Notes: generated by a model not told the origin, from the sequence alone. A stretch of DNA of 64,000 nt from Alphaproteobacteria bacterium (GCA_965228975.1 OZ245851.1:4917953-4981952); one strand, 5' to 3'. Shown: positions 18,063-27,501, counted from the first letter of the stretch. Translations and numbers: made by a program.

Positions 18063-18875
18063 CTATCCCGGCGCCGGTGTACTTTTCTCCGTGCCGTGGT
18101 GTTCCGTTTTCTGGTCCGCCAGTTCCTCAAGCGTTTTCCTAAGATTTTGCTGGCGCCTGGCGGTCGCGTCGGAAAGCTGCTCTATGTCGAGGTTGAGGTT
18201 TGCGATGAAGGCCGTTTCGAGTTCCCTCGGGATGCCTTTGATCGACACGCTGGCGCGCTCCCGGATGCCCTCGAAAATGCGCATCTTCTCGTCGAGGAAG
18301 TCGCTTGCGTCGAATCCGAGACCGGCGACGTAGTCGCCGTACCACTGCAGCCGGCTTTGCAGCAGGTGGACATATTCGCTGAGGAGGAATTCCGTCGCCA
18401 CCACGAACGATTTCGGCGGCTTGGTCGCCAGTGTGTTCAGGGCGTTGATGATATCGAACAAGCTATCCGAGAAACTCATCAACAGCTCACGGTACTCGGC
18501 GTCGATCCTCTCCGCCTCGCGAAGCTTTTCATCGAAGCGCGCCGAGGACGACCACCACACGGAGAGAAGAAACCCCAACGTCACCGCGAACAGACTGGTC
18601 ATGACGACGCGGGTGGCGTAGAGCGCGCCGGTCAGGACGTCCATATTCTCGAAGAGATACACCGAACCCGCGAATAGAATGGCAAAGACCAGGAGCAGGC
18701 CGAAAGACGGGTGAGAGAATGTCCGGCGCTTCAATTTGCCTTTCGCCCGGACGATCCATTCGCCATGCGTCAGCACCTTCCCGTCGGCCCCGTTGCCGCC
18801 ATCGGCCAATACGTCCGTTGCCGCCGCCTCAATCTCCTGACCTTTGGACATACTTTTTTCTACGTAAGCACTCAT
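18063..18875 (-). CDS. hypothetical membrane protein, paralog B (2-TM hairpin + helical cytoplasmic domain)
   Basis: 270 aa. TM segments FGLLLVFAILFAGSVYLF and RVVMTSLFAVTLGFLLSVWW. The termini are unrelated to those of paralog A. Confidence 0.65.
   Translation of the reverse strand: MSAYVEKSMSKGQEIEAAATDVLADGGNGADGKVLTHGEWIVRAKGKLKRRTFSHPSFGLLLVFAILFAGSVYLFENMDVLTGALYATRVVMTSLFAVTLGFLLSVWWSSSARFDEKLREAERIDAEYRELLMSFSDSLFDIINALNTLATKPPKSFVVATEFLLSEYVHLLQSRLQWYGDYVAGLGFDASDFLDEKMRIFEGIRERASVSIKGIPRELETAFIANLNLDIEQLSDATARRQQNLRKTLEELADQKTEHHGTEKSTPAPG
18186..18773. repeat. tandem direct repeat, unit B
   Basis: See unit A. Confidence 0.85.
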
Positions 18876-18934
18876 GCCTTTACTCCCCGTCTAGCTGCTT
18901 CGATAGGCGCACTTCGTCACATCATTGATATTAT

Positions 18935-19834
18935 TTAAGAATCTGCACATTTGTACTCACCCTGTACCACAATCGTCGTCCCAATCTTCGACAGCGATGT
19001 TTCGCTCCGGTCGAAGCGCATCACACAAAAACGTCGCGGCGTATCGATCGCCAAGACGTGTCCAGCCGCTGCGTTGCTTGCCGTGGGAACTTGGACATAG
19101 TCGGTCCAGATTTTTCGCTTTTCGACATTGCGCCGAAAATCCAGGTCGGGCGTGCCAATTATTCGCTCGTATTGAGAGGTCGACAGACCGTTCTTGATCG
19201 AAGACCCGTCCCCGGTAACGTTGATGCGAATGACCACCCGGTTCACATCTACTGTTTTCCAGCTGATGCCGAACGCCCTACCGCCTTGCACAGGACCTGG
19301 CCCGGCTCTTTCAAGCCGGAAGCGCCCAGTCTTCATCGGTGCGATATTGACGTTAGTTTGTTTTTTTTTGAACGCGTCTTCGGCGGTAACGATGATCGCC
19401 AAATGCGCCGTTGCTGTACCCCCCTTGTTGTCCTTTACCTGAATGAGAAATTCATAGCTGCCTGCGGCCGCAATTTTCTCGTTGATGTAATTGTGAAAAT
19501 CGAGCGTCACGTCCTTGTATCGGCGGACGCGCTTTTCGATCCCGAACAAATGATAGTTGCCTTGGTCCAACGTCGTCGCGAGATCGACCTCGTAGGACCG
19601 TTCCCGCACCATCAAGCTGCTGATCCGCTCGGGCGCTTGTATTCGGACACGGAGCCGTTCAAATTTTCCGATGCGGCCCTGCCGGGGCATGGCCATGTCG
19701 AACCCTTGGGCGATTATTTCGGGGGCATCAGGATCTTCCGCAACGGCTTCCGGTGCGCAGATCAGTACGGCCAAGACAAGCGGCATAAGACAACGCAAGA
19801 AACGTGTATGTCTCGATCCTAGATAAACTTGCAT
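18935..19834 (-). CDS. hypothetical secreted protein with Ig-like-looking middle segment
   Basis: Start refined to the ATG at 19834, giving a Sec signal MQVYLGSRHTRFLRCLMPLVLAVLICAPEAVA/EDP. GSYEFLIQVKDNKGGTATAHLAIIV resembles a beta-sandwich strand pair. First gene of the three-gene cassette. Confidence 0.6.
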   Translation of the reverse strand: MQVYLGSRHTRFLRCLMPLVLAVLICAPEAVAEDPDAPEIIAQGFDMAMPRQGRIGKFERLRVRIQAPERISSLMVRERSYEVDLATTLDQGNYHLFGIEKRVRRYKDVTLDFHNYINEKIAAAGSYEFLIQVKDNKGGTATAHLAIIVTAEDAFKKKQTNVNIAPMKTGRFRLERAGPGPVQGGRAFGISWKTVDVNRVVIRINVTGDGSSIKNGLSTSQYERIIGTPDLDFRRNVEKRKIWTDYVQVPTASNAAAGHVLAIDTPRRFCVMRFDRSETSLSKIGTTIVVQGEYKCADS

Positions 19835-20041
19835 CTTCAAACCCTTTCTCCAGGGCCTCTGCGCCAAATCCGAACGTATATGCAGGCTAGTCCCCACCAT
19901 CTGCCGACTACTTTGGATGGAATTATTCGCGACCTTCGGCGAGCGCACCGTGACATGGATCAACGTTCCGACCGTTCGGTGCGGGCGCGCGTAGCGGCGG
20001 GAAGGCCCAATACCCGTGACTTCACGCCGCGTCCCAAGGAT

Positions 20042-20117
<76 letters not shown>

Positions 20118-20314
20118 ATTTCTTTTATTGCTTAGTATCAATCTGTTAAATGTGTGCGCAGTGTCCCGTTTTCCGCGCCACACAGGCGATATCCTCGGTT
20201 ATCTATAGGTACAGAGACTAGTATTCTGCGCGTCTCCGAGAGGAATTGGGCAAAAGTCTCTGTCAGCCAATTCCCGTAGCCAACAGTTTCCATTTGATGG
20301 CGGGACTGCGTGGT

Positions 20315-21979
20315 TTAGGCGAAGCCAAGTAGTTCACGCTGCGCTTGCCAGTCATAGGGCAGGGAACGAATGCGCTTGAGCCGATACGCTGTCAGATCAA
20401 CGGGGTGCTTCCCATCGAGTATCGCCTCGACGATATCGGGCGCTAGGAAAGCGAGTGGCAGGATACGGCTGACATCACCTTTGTCGACGCTGTGGCGGGC
20501 AGCGAGGTCTTTGATGCTGCGAACTTCTCCAGACTTCAATTGGGCAAACCATCGTTGTGCCGATGTGACAACATTAATGAGAGCCGGGTCCGGCTTGCTG
20601 GGTTTGTCCGACTGCCCGTTGATGATCAGCTTCATCTCGACGCCTCGGCGCTTGAAGGTAACCGGTAGCTCAATCGCGATTGATTTATCTGTGATTTGAC
20701 CATTCGATTCGCATAGACATCGTTTCATTAATTCCGTTGGGTCCAGCTCGACTCGGACACAGGACGATGTGAGTTCAATGCGATTTACAAGATCGAGGAT
20801 TAGAGATCGCAGGGTGCTTGCATCGCCGGTGACGGGCTGATGCGCAAGCGCCGCCGCCGCGTCAATTGCTGCCGCCGTCTCTTCCGTCGTTGGATCAATG
20901 TGATTGATGAGCCGCGGTGTGTCTCTCAAGAACTCGACAATGCCATCGATGACGGCTCGTTCGACGGCCGGTGCGGGCAGGCGCCATTGCGTCTTTGCAT
21001 CCGGGTCACGAGAGATGTAGTAGCGATACCGCCGCCCTTGTTTGTTAGTGTAATGCGGTGAGATCCGCTTGCCCTCTTCGTCGAAGAGTAAGCCGGTAAG
21101 AAGGTTCGAACCCCTTACATAGACGGAGCGCGTTCGCTGCTTGGTGTTTTGTCTGAGTTGATCCTGCACCAGGGCCCAAAGCGCTAGATCGATGATCGCC
21201 TCATGCTCACCGGGATAACTTTGTCCCTTGTGCGTTGTTTTTCCGAGATAGATTTTGTTGGTAAGGAGCTTGTGTAGATGCCCGATTCTAAATGGCATCC
21301 CGCCACTACGACCGCCATTGTTCGGTATACGGGCTTTGGTCCGCAGCCCTAGTCGATCGGCCTCGTCCTTGAGAGCTTTCACGGTGCCGAGGTCACGATA
21401 GCGCTGGAACAGTGTTCGAACGGTCTCCGCCTCGGCTTGATTCACGATCAACTTTCGATCGACCACGTCATAGCCGAGCGGCACGACCCCACCCATCCAT
21501 AAGCCCTTCTTTTTCGAGGCTGCGATCTTGTCGCGGATGCGCTCCGCTGTGACCTCCCGCTCGAACTGAGCGAAGGACAAAAGGACATTGAGCGTCAATC
21601 GTCCCATGGATGAGGTGGTGTTGAACTGTTGTGTTACGGAGACAAACGAGACGTCTTGTTCGTCCAAGGTTTCGACGATTTTGGCGAAGTCCGCTAGGGA
21701 GCGTGAGAGTCTGTCCACCTTGTAGACCACCACGACATCGACAGACCCGTTTCGAATGTCAGAGAGCAATTTCTGCAGAGCGGGGCGATCCATACTGCCA
21801 CCGGAATAACCACCATCATCATAGGGTGCCTTTAGAGCCGTCCATCCTTCGCCGGACTGGCTCTTCACGTAAGACAGACACGCATCCCGCTGCGCTTCCA
21901 GCGAGTTATAGTCTTGCTCCAGTCCTTCATCCGTGGACTTCCGGGTGTAGATCGCGCAGCGAAGGCGTTTGGGTGTCAT
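20315..21979 (-). CDS. large serine recombinase
   Basis: N-terminal resolvase domain RCAIYTRKSTDEGLEQDYNSLEAQR...VVVYKVDRLSRS, then a recombinase domain and C-terminal extension. Start refined to the ATG at 21979, which forms an ATGA overlap with the upstream gene stop. Confidence 0.9.
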   Translation of the reverse strand: MTPKRLRCAIYTRKSTDEGLEQDYNSLEAQRDACLSYVKSQSGEGWTALKAPYDDGGYSGGSMDRPALQKLLSDIRNGSVDVVVVYKVDRLSRSLADFAKIVETLDEQDVSFVSVTQQFNTTSSMGRLTLNVLLSFAQFEREVTAERIRDKIAASKKKGLWMGGVVPLGYDVVDRKLIVNQAEAETVRTLFQRYRDLGTVKALKDEADRLGLRTKARIPNNGGRSGGMPFRIGHLHKLLTNKIYLGKTTHKGQSYPGEHEAIIDLALWALVQDQLRQNTKQRTRSVYVRGSNLLTGLLFDEEGKRISPHYTNKQGRRYRYYISRDPDAKTQWRLPAPAVERAVIDGIVEFLRDTPRLINHIDPTTEETAAAIDAAAALAHQPVTGDASTLRSLILDLVNRIELTSSCVRVELDPTELMKRCLCESNGQITDKSIAIELPVTFKRRGVEMKLIINGQSDKPSKPDPALINVVTSAQRWFAQLKSGEVRSIKDLAARHSVDKGDVSRILPLAFLAPDIVEAILDGKHPVDLTAYRLKRIRSLPYDWQAQRELLGFA

Positions 21980-22458
21980 GAGGTCTGCTCCGGTTTCAAT
22001 CCAAAGAAGCGAGGTCCGGACCACCGGGCGCCAGTGATGGCCCTGGCCACGGCCGAGAGGGACCGATACGGTACCCCGTCCAGAACAAACCCGTCGTCAG
22101 AGACATCGACGGTATAGGTTTTTCCGTTCCACTCCCGGATAAATCGCGTTCCGGGTGTGGGGGCAGTTGAAACGGATTTCAAACAAGAATTTTTGGCCTT
22201 GCTGGCGGCGCGCTCCAGGCGGTGGAGTAGTCGTGACGCAGATCGGCCATGCGCTCTCAATTGGTGGGAATGGGCAATTGCGGCAATGAGGAACCGTTGG
22301 CTGACGCCCTTTGGTGGGCTAGATCGGAAGCAGCGCTGCCATCGCTCGACCAGTTCAGCGCGATCGGCCGTTTCGAGGGTGGCGACTAGACTTTCAATAT
22401 CCTCTGCACGGGCCATCTCATGCTCCATCCGTAATGCGATAGACTCGACCGCGGCCAT
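21976..22458 (-). CDS. DUF2924-like protein (recombinase-associated)
   Basis: ...VERWQRCFRSSPPKGVSQRFLIAAIAHSHQLRAHG...GTRFIREWNGKTYTVDV... matches my recollection of DUF2924, a usual partner of large serine recombinases. Start uncertain (22458, 22428 or 22416). Confidence 0.65.
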   Translation of the reverse strand: MAAVESIALRMEHEMARAEDIESLVATLETADRAELVERWQRCFRSSPPKGVSQRFLIAAIAHSHQLRAHGRSASRLLHRLERAASKAKNSCLKSVSTAPTPGTRFIREWNGKTYTVDVSDDGFVLDGVPYRSLSAVARAITGARWSGPRFFGLKPEQTS

Positions 22459-22702
22459 GTTTGGATTCGGAGGACACCGTCAGGCCGAGCTTCTTCTTTA
22501 GGGTGCCGCTGATGGCGCCGCGAACCGAATGCGGTTGCCATCCGGTTTTCTTGACGAGGTCGTTGAGCGTGGCGCCGTTGGGCTTGTTCAGCATCTCAAC
22601 GAGCAAGGCGATCTTGGACTTCGGCCTTACGATGGGCGCGTCTTTTTGCTTAATCTTCGCACGCCGCTGTGTTGGTGTCGGACGTTTTGTGGATGATGCC
22701 AT
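22418..22702 (-). CDS. DUF3489-like small protein (winged-helix-like)
   Basis: KIALLVEMLNKPNGATLNDLVKKTGWQPHSVRGAISGTLKKKLGL pattern. Start refined to MASSTKRPT at 22702. Confidence 0.6.
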   Translation of the reverse strand: MASSTKRPTPTQRRAKIKQKDAPIVRPKSKIALLVEMLNKPNGATLNDLVKKTGWQPHSVRGAISGTLKKKLGLTVSSESKHGRGRVYRITDGA

Positions 22703-22909
22703 TTTGGGCCTCCGTAGGTGTTTGCGCCGCGGAGATCGCAGCGCTTCCACCCGGGAAGGCCTCGCCGATCTTAGCGGCAAGGGCGAGGCCCTAGTTGGGC
22801 CCGAACGACATCCATTGCTGCTTCCTTTGCCGAGGAAGTCCAGTGGAATTGTCCTTAGGTTGAAGGAGCAGGGATCCTACTTTGTTGCCTATGGGCCTTG
22901 CCTATGGAT

Positions 22910-24331
22910 CTACGAGATGTGGAATACGGCTTTACCGCCGCCTCTATTTCTGACCCAGTTTAGGAACTGCGACACGCTGTCGACCTGATCGTCATGCCGC
23001 CCGTTGGGGAAGGTCACAATCTCATGACGGAAATCCGCCAGCCACGGTGCATCTTTCGGCAGCAGAACATGGCCTGCTTCAATAATTGATGTCTGCGTCA
23101 TCATTCGGGTCGCCTTGTCCGCGTCAGGCTGAATCGCAATGGGCCGGAGGTCGTATTCTTCACGCAGCTCCTGGATCAGGGCCGTGCCGGAGCCCTTGTC
23201 TTCCACCAGGATGGTGTCTGGCCAATGCATTTCACGTCGCTGCTTAAACGCACGTTTCAACTCGGGATACTCCAGTCGTCGGCGACATACCTCGACAAGA
23301 TGATAGGTGTGGTTTCGAACGAGCCAGGTCGTGCAGACGGCGTAGTCACTAGCTTCGTTTGCGGTGAGGGCCGTATCCCAGGACTGAACAATTTGATCTC
23401 CGTCCTGACGTTTTGGCAGCGCGTAAAACTCGAACCAGTCCCATTTCACAAGGCCTCCCTCTATTGGCGAGGGACGCTGTTGATACTGGGCGGCAAATGC
23501 ATAGCTCCCCATCTCCGCCTTGATCTTGTTTAGGGTCGCGAGATCTTCGCGCTCGGGATGAAGTGCTTCCCCAGCGATCCGGGTATGGATCTGTTCAACG
23601 TTGGTCGCATCCACCCAGCCGATTTGGATTTCTTCTGAACGTTCGGCTATGGCGGGTAAATTGAGGTGATAGGCCGCAGGGTGATCGAGTAAGTAACCGG
23701 CGAGATCTTCCTCATGCAGCCGTTGCTGAATGACGATGATGACGTCATTGCTCTTGTCATCGAGGCGGGACAAAAGAGTATTGCAGAACCAATCAATAGT
23801 TCCCTGGCGTTTGGTATCCGACAGCACCTCGTCCGGTTTGTGAGGGTCGTCGATGATGATGATGTTACCTCCGCGTCCGGTAAGGGCTCCGCCAATGGAC
23901 GTTGCTAGCCGAAAGCCTCGCTTGGTGGTCATGAACTCATTCTGTGTGTCCCGCCCAGTGTCGACGCGCGTCTGGGGAAAGGTTCGCTGGTACCATGGCG
24001 CCTTCATGATCGCGCGGCAGTCTGCCGCGTGTTTCAACGCGAGCTCTTGTCCATAGCTCGCACAAATGATTCGTTGCGCTGGATCACGGCCGAGCGCCCA
24101 GGCTGGGAAGGCAACGGAGGCGCTGATGGACTTTAAATATCTCGGGGGTACAGTTATCACCAGCCTGCCAATATCGCCTGCAAGGCATCTCGATAGGTAG
24201 AATGCCATGGCCTCGATATGCCAGTTGTGACAGTAGGTCTTCCCCGGCGCCACGGTCGCAAAAGATTTTTGGATGAAGGTGGCGAGGTCGTGCCGTAACA
24301 GTGCGGCTAGCAGCGCGGGATCATATGTCAT
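22910..24331 (-). CDS. phage terminase large subunit
   Basis: 473 aa. Walker-A-like region followed by IIIDDPHKPDE and a C-terminal nuclease-like region (ILVEDKGSGTALIQEL...DDQVDS), as in TerL. Confidence 0.8.
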   Translation of the reverse strand: MTYDPALLAALLRHDLATFIQKSFATVAPGKTYCHNWHIEAMAFYLSRCLAGDIGRLVITVPPRYLKSISASVAFPAWALGRDPAQRIICASYGQELALKHAADCRAIMKAPWYQRTFPQTRVDTGRDTQNEFMTTKRGFRLATSIGGALTGRGGNIIIIDDPHKPDEVLSDTKRQGTIDWFCNTLLSRLDDKSNDVIIVIQQRLHEEDLAGYLLDHPAAYHLNLPAIAERSEEIQIGWVDATNVEQIHTRIAGEALHPEREDLATLNKIKAEMGSYAFAAQYQQRPSPIEGGLVKWDWFEFYALPKRQDGDQIVQSWDTALTANEASDYAVCTTWLVRNHTYHLVEVCRRRLEYPELKRAFKQRREMHWPDTILVEDKGSGTALIQELREEYDLRPIAIQPDADKATRMMTQTSIIEAGHVLLPKDAPWLADFRHEIVTFPNGRHDDQVDSVSQFLNWVRNRGGGKAVFHIS

Positions 24332-24714
24332 TCTTGCCGGCTCTTGTCGCGCAGCCGCGTCTCAAAGTTTTCGATGATTTTTTCGTCTTCTGCGGATAGC
24401 GCAGCCTCAAGCGCATCGACGGCTTTCGATTCCTCAAACCGAAGGATCAACTCGACTAATATCCGGATAGCGCGAGGGTCCCCCTTCATTGCTTTGTTGC
24501 AAAGGGCCATCACGAGAGCACGTTGCTTGCTCACCCTTTGCTCGCTGCCATCCTCTCGGATCAGGATTTGTCGGCTTAGTTCGTCGTCGAGATCCGTTTT
24601 GAGGTTGCGTGACCCCTTGGGGCGTCCATTCGGATTGCCGGACTGCCCAGGCTTGAATTGAGTGTGTTTGGGCGGTTTGCCGTAGCCGACAGTGTAGTTT
24701 CGTGATTTAGGCAT
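24328..24714 (-). CDS. DUF5681-like protein (possible small terminase)
   Basis: GYGKPPKHTQFKPGQSGNPNGRPKGSRN motif. Lies immediately upstream of TerL and overlaps it. Start refined to MPKSRNY at 24714. Confidence 0.6.
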   Translation of the reverse strand: MPKSRNYTVGYGKPPKHTQFKPGQSGNPNGRPKGSRNLKTDLDDELSRQILIREDGSEQRVSKQRALVMALCNKAMKGDPRAIRILVELILRFEESKAVDALEAALSAEDEKIIENFETRLRDKSRQE

Positions 24715-26053
24715 TCGGTGATTGCTCCCGATCTGCATGAGCCGGGTCACTGCCTATGCCTCGATGCTCGCTGAGCTCGTCGAGTGTCATGCCGGTCTCT
24801 GCATGACGGACCACTTCTCCGGTGGCCTGTTCCCACCGTCGAATGGCGACGTCGACATAGCCAGGATCTATTTCTATGCCTGCTGCAACGCGACCAGTTT
24901 GCTCCGCAGCGAGGACTGTTGTGCCGGATCCGACGAAAGGATCGAGGACAATGCCATTTCGGTCCGAGGCATCGAGGATAGCGTCGGCGATAAGAGCGAT
25001 AGGCTTCACCGTTGGGTGAAGCGCGAGTTCCTCTAAGCGGCCGTTGCGGAAGGAATTGGCGCCTGGGTACGTCCACACGTTGGTGCGATTACGACCATTG
25101 ACGCCGAGTTCGATATTGTTCCTGTGTCGCGCACTTCCATTCTTGAATACATACACCAGCTCATGTTGGGAGCGATAAAAGCTGCCCATTCCGCCATTGG
25201 ATTTGGTCCAAACGCATAAGGCCTTGGTTTCTCGGTAAATATCTTCTGTTGCCGCAAGTAGCTCTGGGATATGCCGCCAGTCGATGAAGACGTAGTGCAG
25301 CGACCCATCGACACTGTGATTAGCGGCGAGCTGGAGGGACAGGTTTAAGAATGCAGTGAAGGCCTTTGGAGTCATTTCGCCAGAGCCCATGACGAACTCT
25401 TTGTGGCGAGTTCGCCCTAGTCCACTGACATGACCATTGATGGGAAGATTGTACGGCGGGTCGGTAAAGACCAGTTGCGCATCTTTGTCAGGAAGGAGTG
25501 TGGCGAATGTGCTTGCATCCGTCGCATCGCCACAAAGCAACCGATGTCTGCCCAAATGCCAAAGGTCGCCAAGTTGCGATACGGGCGTGACGGGCAGGTC
25601 TTCTTCGGTTGGTTCATCCAAGATTGTGTCGTCTGCCGCATTGGCGAGGATGACGTCGATTTCGCCTGTTTCGAAGCCAGTTATTGAGAGGTCAAGCTCA
25701 AGGTCAAGCTCCACCAGCTCGCCTAGTTCCAGCTGCAACAGCTCAATGTCCCAACCGGCTTTCTCGGCCAGCTTATTATCGGCAAGGACATAGGCTCGCT
25801 TTTCAGCCTCACTAAGGTGGTTTATCCGAAGCGTCGGCACATTTGCCCAACCGAGGGACTCAGCTGCTCTAACGCGTCCATGGCCAGCCAGTATTTGGTC
25901 TCGCTCATCGATGAGGATCGGATTGTTAAACCCGAAAGCCTTGATGCTGTTTGCAAGTTGTTGAACTTGCTTCTTGCTATGTGTCCGAGCGTTCCGGCTG
26001 TTGAGTTTCAGTGTGCCAATTGGGCGCTCGACAATGCGTTGTATCTTTGACAC
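24707..26053 (-). CDS. ParB-like nuclease domain fused to DNA methyltransferase
   Basis: N-terminal ParB/Srx-like NPILIDERDQILAGHGR, and methyltransferase motif IV FTDPPYNLP with a C-terminal AdoMet-binding region DPFVGSGTT. Confidence 0.85.
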   Translation of the reverse strand: MSKIQRIVERPIGTLKLNSRNARTHSKKQVQQLANSIKAFGFNNPILIDERDQILAGHGRVRAAESLGWANVPTLRINHLSEAEKRAYVLADNKLAEKAGWDIELLQLELGELVELDLELDLSITGFETGEIDVILANAADDTILDEPTEEDLPVTPVSQLGDLWHLGRHRLLCGDATDASTFATLLPDKDAQLVFTDPPYNLPINGHVSGLGRTRHKEFVMGSGEMTPKAFTAFLNLSLQLAANHSVDGSLHYVFIDWRHIPELLAATEDIYRETKALCVWTKSNGGMGSFYRSQHELVYVFKNGSARHRNNIELGVNGRNRTNVWTYPGANSFRNGRLEELALHPTVKPIALIADAILDASDRNGIVLDPFVGSGTTVLAAEQTGRVAAGIEIDPGYVDVAIRRWEQATGEVVRHAETGMTLDELSEHRGIGSDPAHADREQSPNA

Positions 26054-26155
26054 TTCCAGTTCCTCGGTTTGATGCGCGTGAGGAACTGTATGGCACCGAT
26101 TGGCTGAACCGCTTTATGGCCTAATTAATCGGGGATTGGGTTTAATTGGGCCAGG

Positions 26156-26932
26156 CTACCCATGCTCACTAATTTTATCTCGGACGATCTTGCTCAAGGA
26201 TCGGCTGCCAACCTGCATCCCCTCCTTCCCCAACTGTTCATTTGCACGCTTCGCGATCGCACGGGCCAGCTTGAGGAGTGCACCGGCTTCACCGCTTTGA
26301 TGGGCTTCCGCGTGTCCAGCATTGTAAGACCGCTGCGGTGGTGAGCCGGTGCAATGTGTCCAAACCACCACTAGAGCGCCGACCATTTTGTGCAATTCAG
26401 ATTCATCGCGCCCCCGCTTCACCTCAATCGAGGCATTGCTCGCCGCTGCGCCTATGCTCTGAAGTGGCTCACTAGCTTGATCCCACAGCTTCCTGAAAGA
26501 TGGTCGTTGGTTGGTCGGGATAGACGCGTAAATCTGACGAAGTTCTCGGTCAAGGACACTTCGCCCAGGAGGACTGAGATGCTCAAATGCGTCCTGGAGC
26601 TTGTCGATGGCGCTGGAAAGCTCACGAAGCTCAGCTGCCGTTTGTGTCGATAGCTTTTTGCGGTTTTGCGAGGGTTCTGGATCTGATGGTCTATTCACGC
26701 TACCTGTGTGCCGGAGGCGAACATCACGCACTAGTTCTTCGTAGATCCTTGTCAATGCAGCCGCGATATCTTTCCTGGCATTTGCTGAAATTCGATCACC
26801 GAAATGCGTCAGTAACTCGTCGATCTCAGACTCGGTCAGTTTGTCAATATCATTGCGATATGCTTGCTGCCGCGACCGCGATAGGAGTTCAGCCTCGCTC
26901 GTGTTCATTGACTTGGCCTCTATATGTGACAT
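26156..26932 (-). CDS. hypothetical protein (258 aa)
   Basis: Long ORF with protein-like composition at the distal end of the recombinase/terminase element. No recognised motif. Confidence 0.5.
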   Translation of the reverse strand: MSHIEAKSMNTSEAELLSRSRQQAYRNDIDKLTESEIDELLTHFGDRISANARKDIAAALTRIYEELVRDVRLRHTGSVNRPSDPEPSQNRKKLSTQTAAELRELSSAIDKLQDAFEHLSPPGRSVLDRELRQIYASIPTNQRPSFRKLWDQASEPLQSIGAAASNASIEVKRGRDESELHKMVGALVVVWTHCTGSPPQRSYNAGHAEAHQSGEAGALLKLARAIAKRANEQLGKEGMQVGSRSLSKIVRDKISEHG

Positions 26933-27108
26933 TTGGTCAACAGCACGTCCTTATGGGCTAAGGCTCATTCGATTGCTAGCCACTCTGTTGAGATGTCAGT
27001 CACATCGTCGAAAGCGAACGAAACCAGTATCCGGACCCTGAGTCTGCTTCTAGCCAGGAGCCGACCTTGTGCGAGGGCCAACAATTCGAACTGAATAGAC
27101 TGGCCGTT

Positions 27109-27501
27109 TTACTGGTGGCGTGGCTTACTAATCTCTGCATGCAACTCAACGGGCTGGCCGTGAGGCGTCCGCAAATAGGCTTGGCGCCACTCTTCGATAC
27201 GATCGCTAAGCTCTGGCTCGGTCATTATTTTCTTTCCGTCCAACAATACCTCAACCGCGCGCAACACCGCGCGGTAGTAACTCTCTGCATTGTCGGGGGC
27301 GCCGGTTGACTGGTTGTTTTTTAATTCCTCGCCGAGTGCGCTTGCCCATTCGTCGCGTGATAGGAGCCCCAATTCGACCAATGAATCCGCAATGCCGAGC
27401 ACTTGCGCTTGCCAAGCCTCGTCAAAGACCGGCTCATTGTTTTTGCGTTGTAGGGGCGTAAGCGAATCACTCAGCTGGCTCAAGATAACTCTCCCACGCA
27501 T
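27109..27501 (-). CDS. nitrile hydratase accessory (activator) protein
   Basis: ...PVFDEAWQAQVLGIADSLVELGLLSRDEWASALGEEL... is the beta-subunit-homolog accessory pattern. Overlaps the end of the beta-subunit gene. Start uncertain (27501-27558). Confidence 0.7.
   Translation of the reverse strand: MRGRVILSQLSDSLTPLQRKNNEPVFDEAWQAQVLGIADSLVELGLLSRDEWASALGEELKNNQSTGAPDNAESYYRAVLRAVEVLLDGKKIMTEPELSDRIEEWRQAYLRTPHGQPVELHAEISKPRHQ

Noticed and set aside
17928-18677. 249-aa plus-strand ORF, with 17341-17661 and 19058-19822, antisense to the three-gene cassette.
   Set aside because: The duplication makes these antisense frames look conserved. The minus-strand frames, however, give clean TM helices and a Sec signal, while the plus-strand translations are Arg-rich and lack structure.
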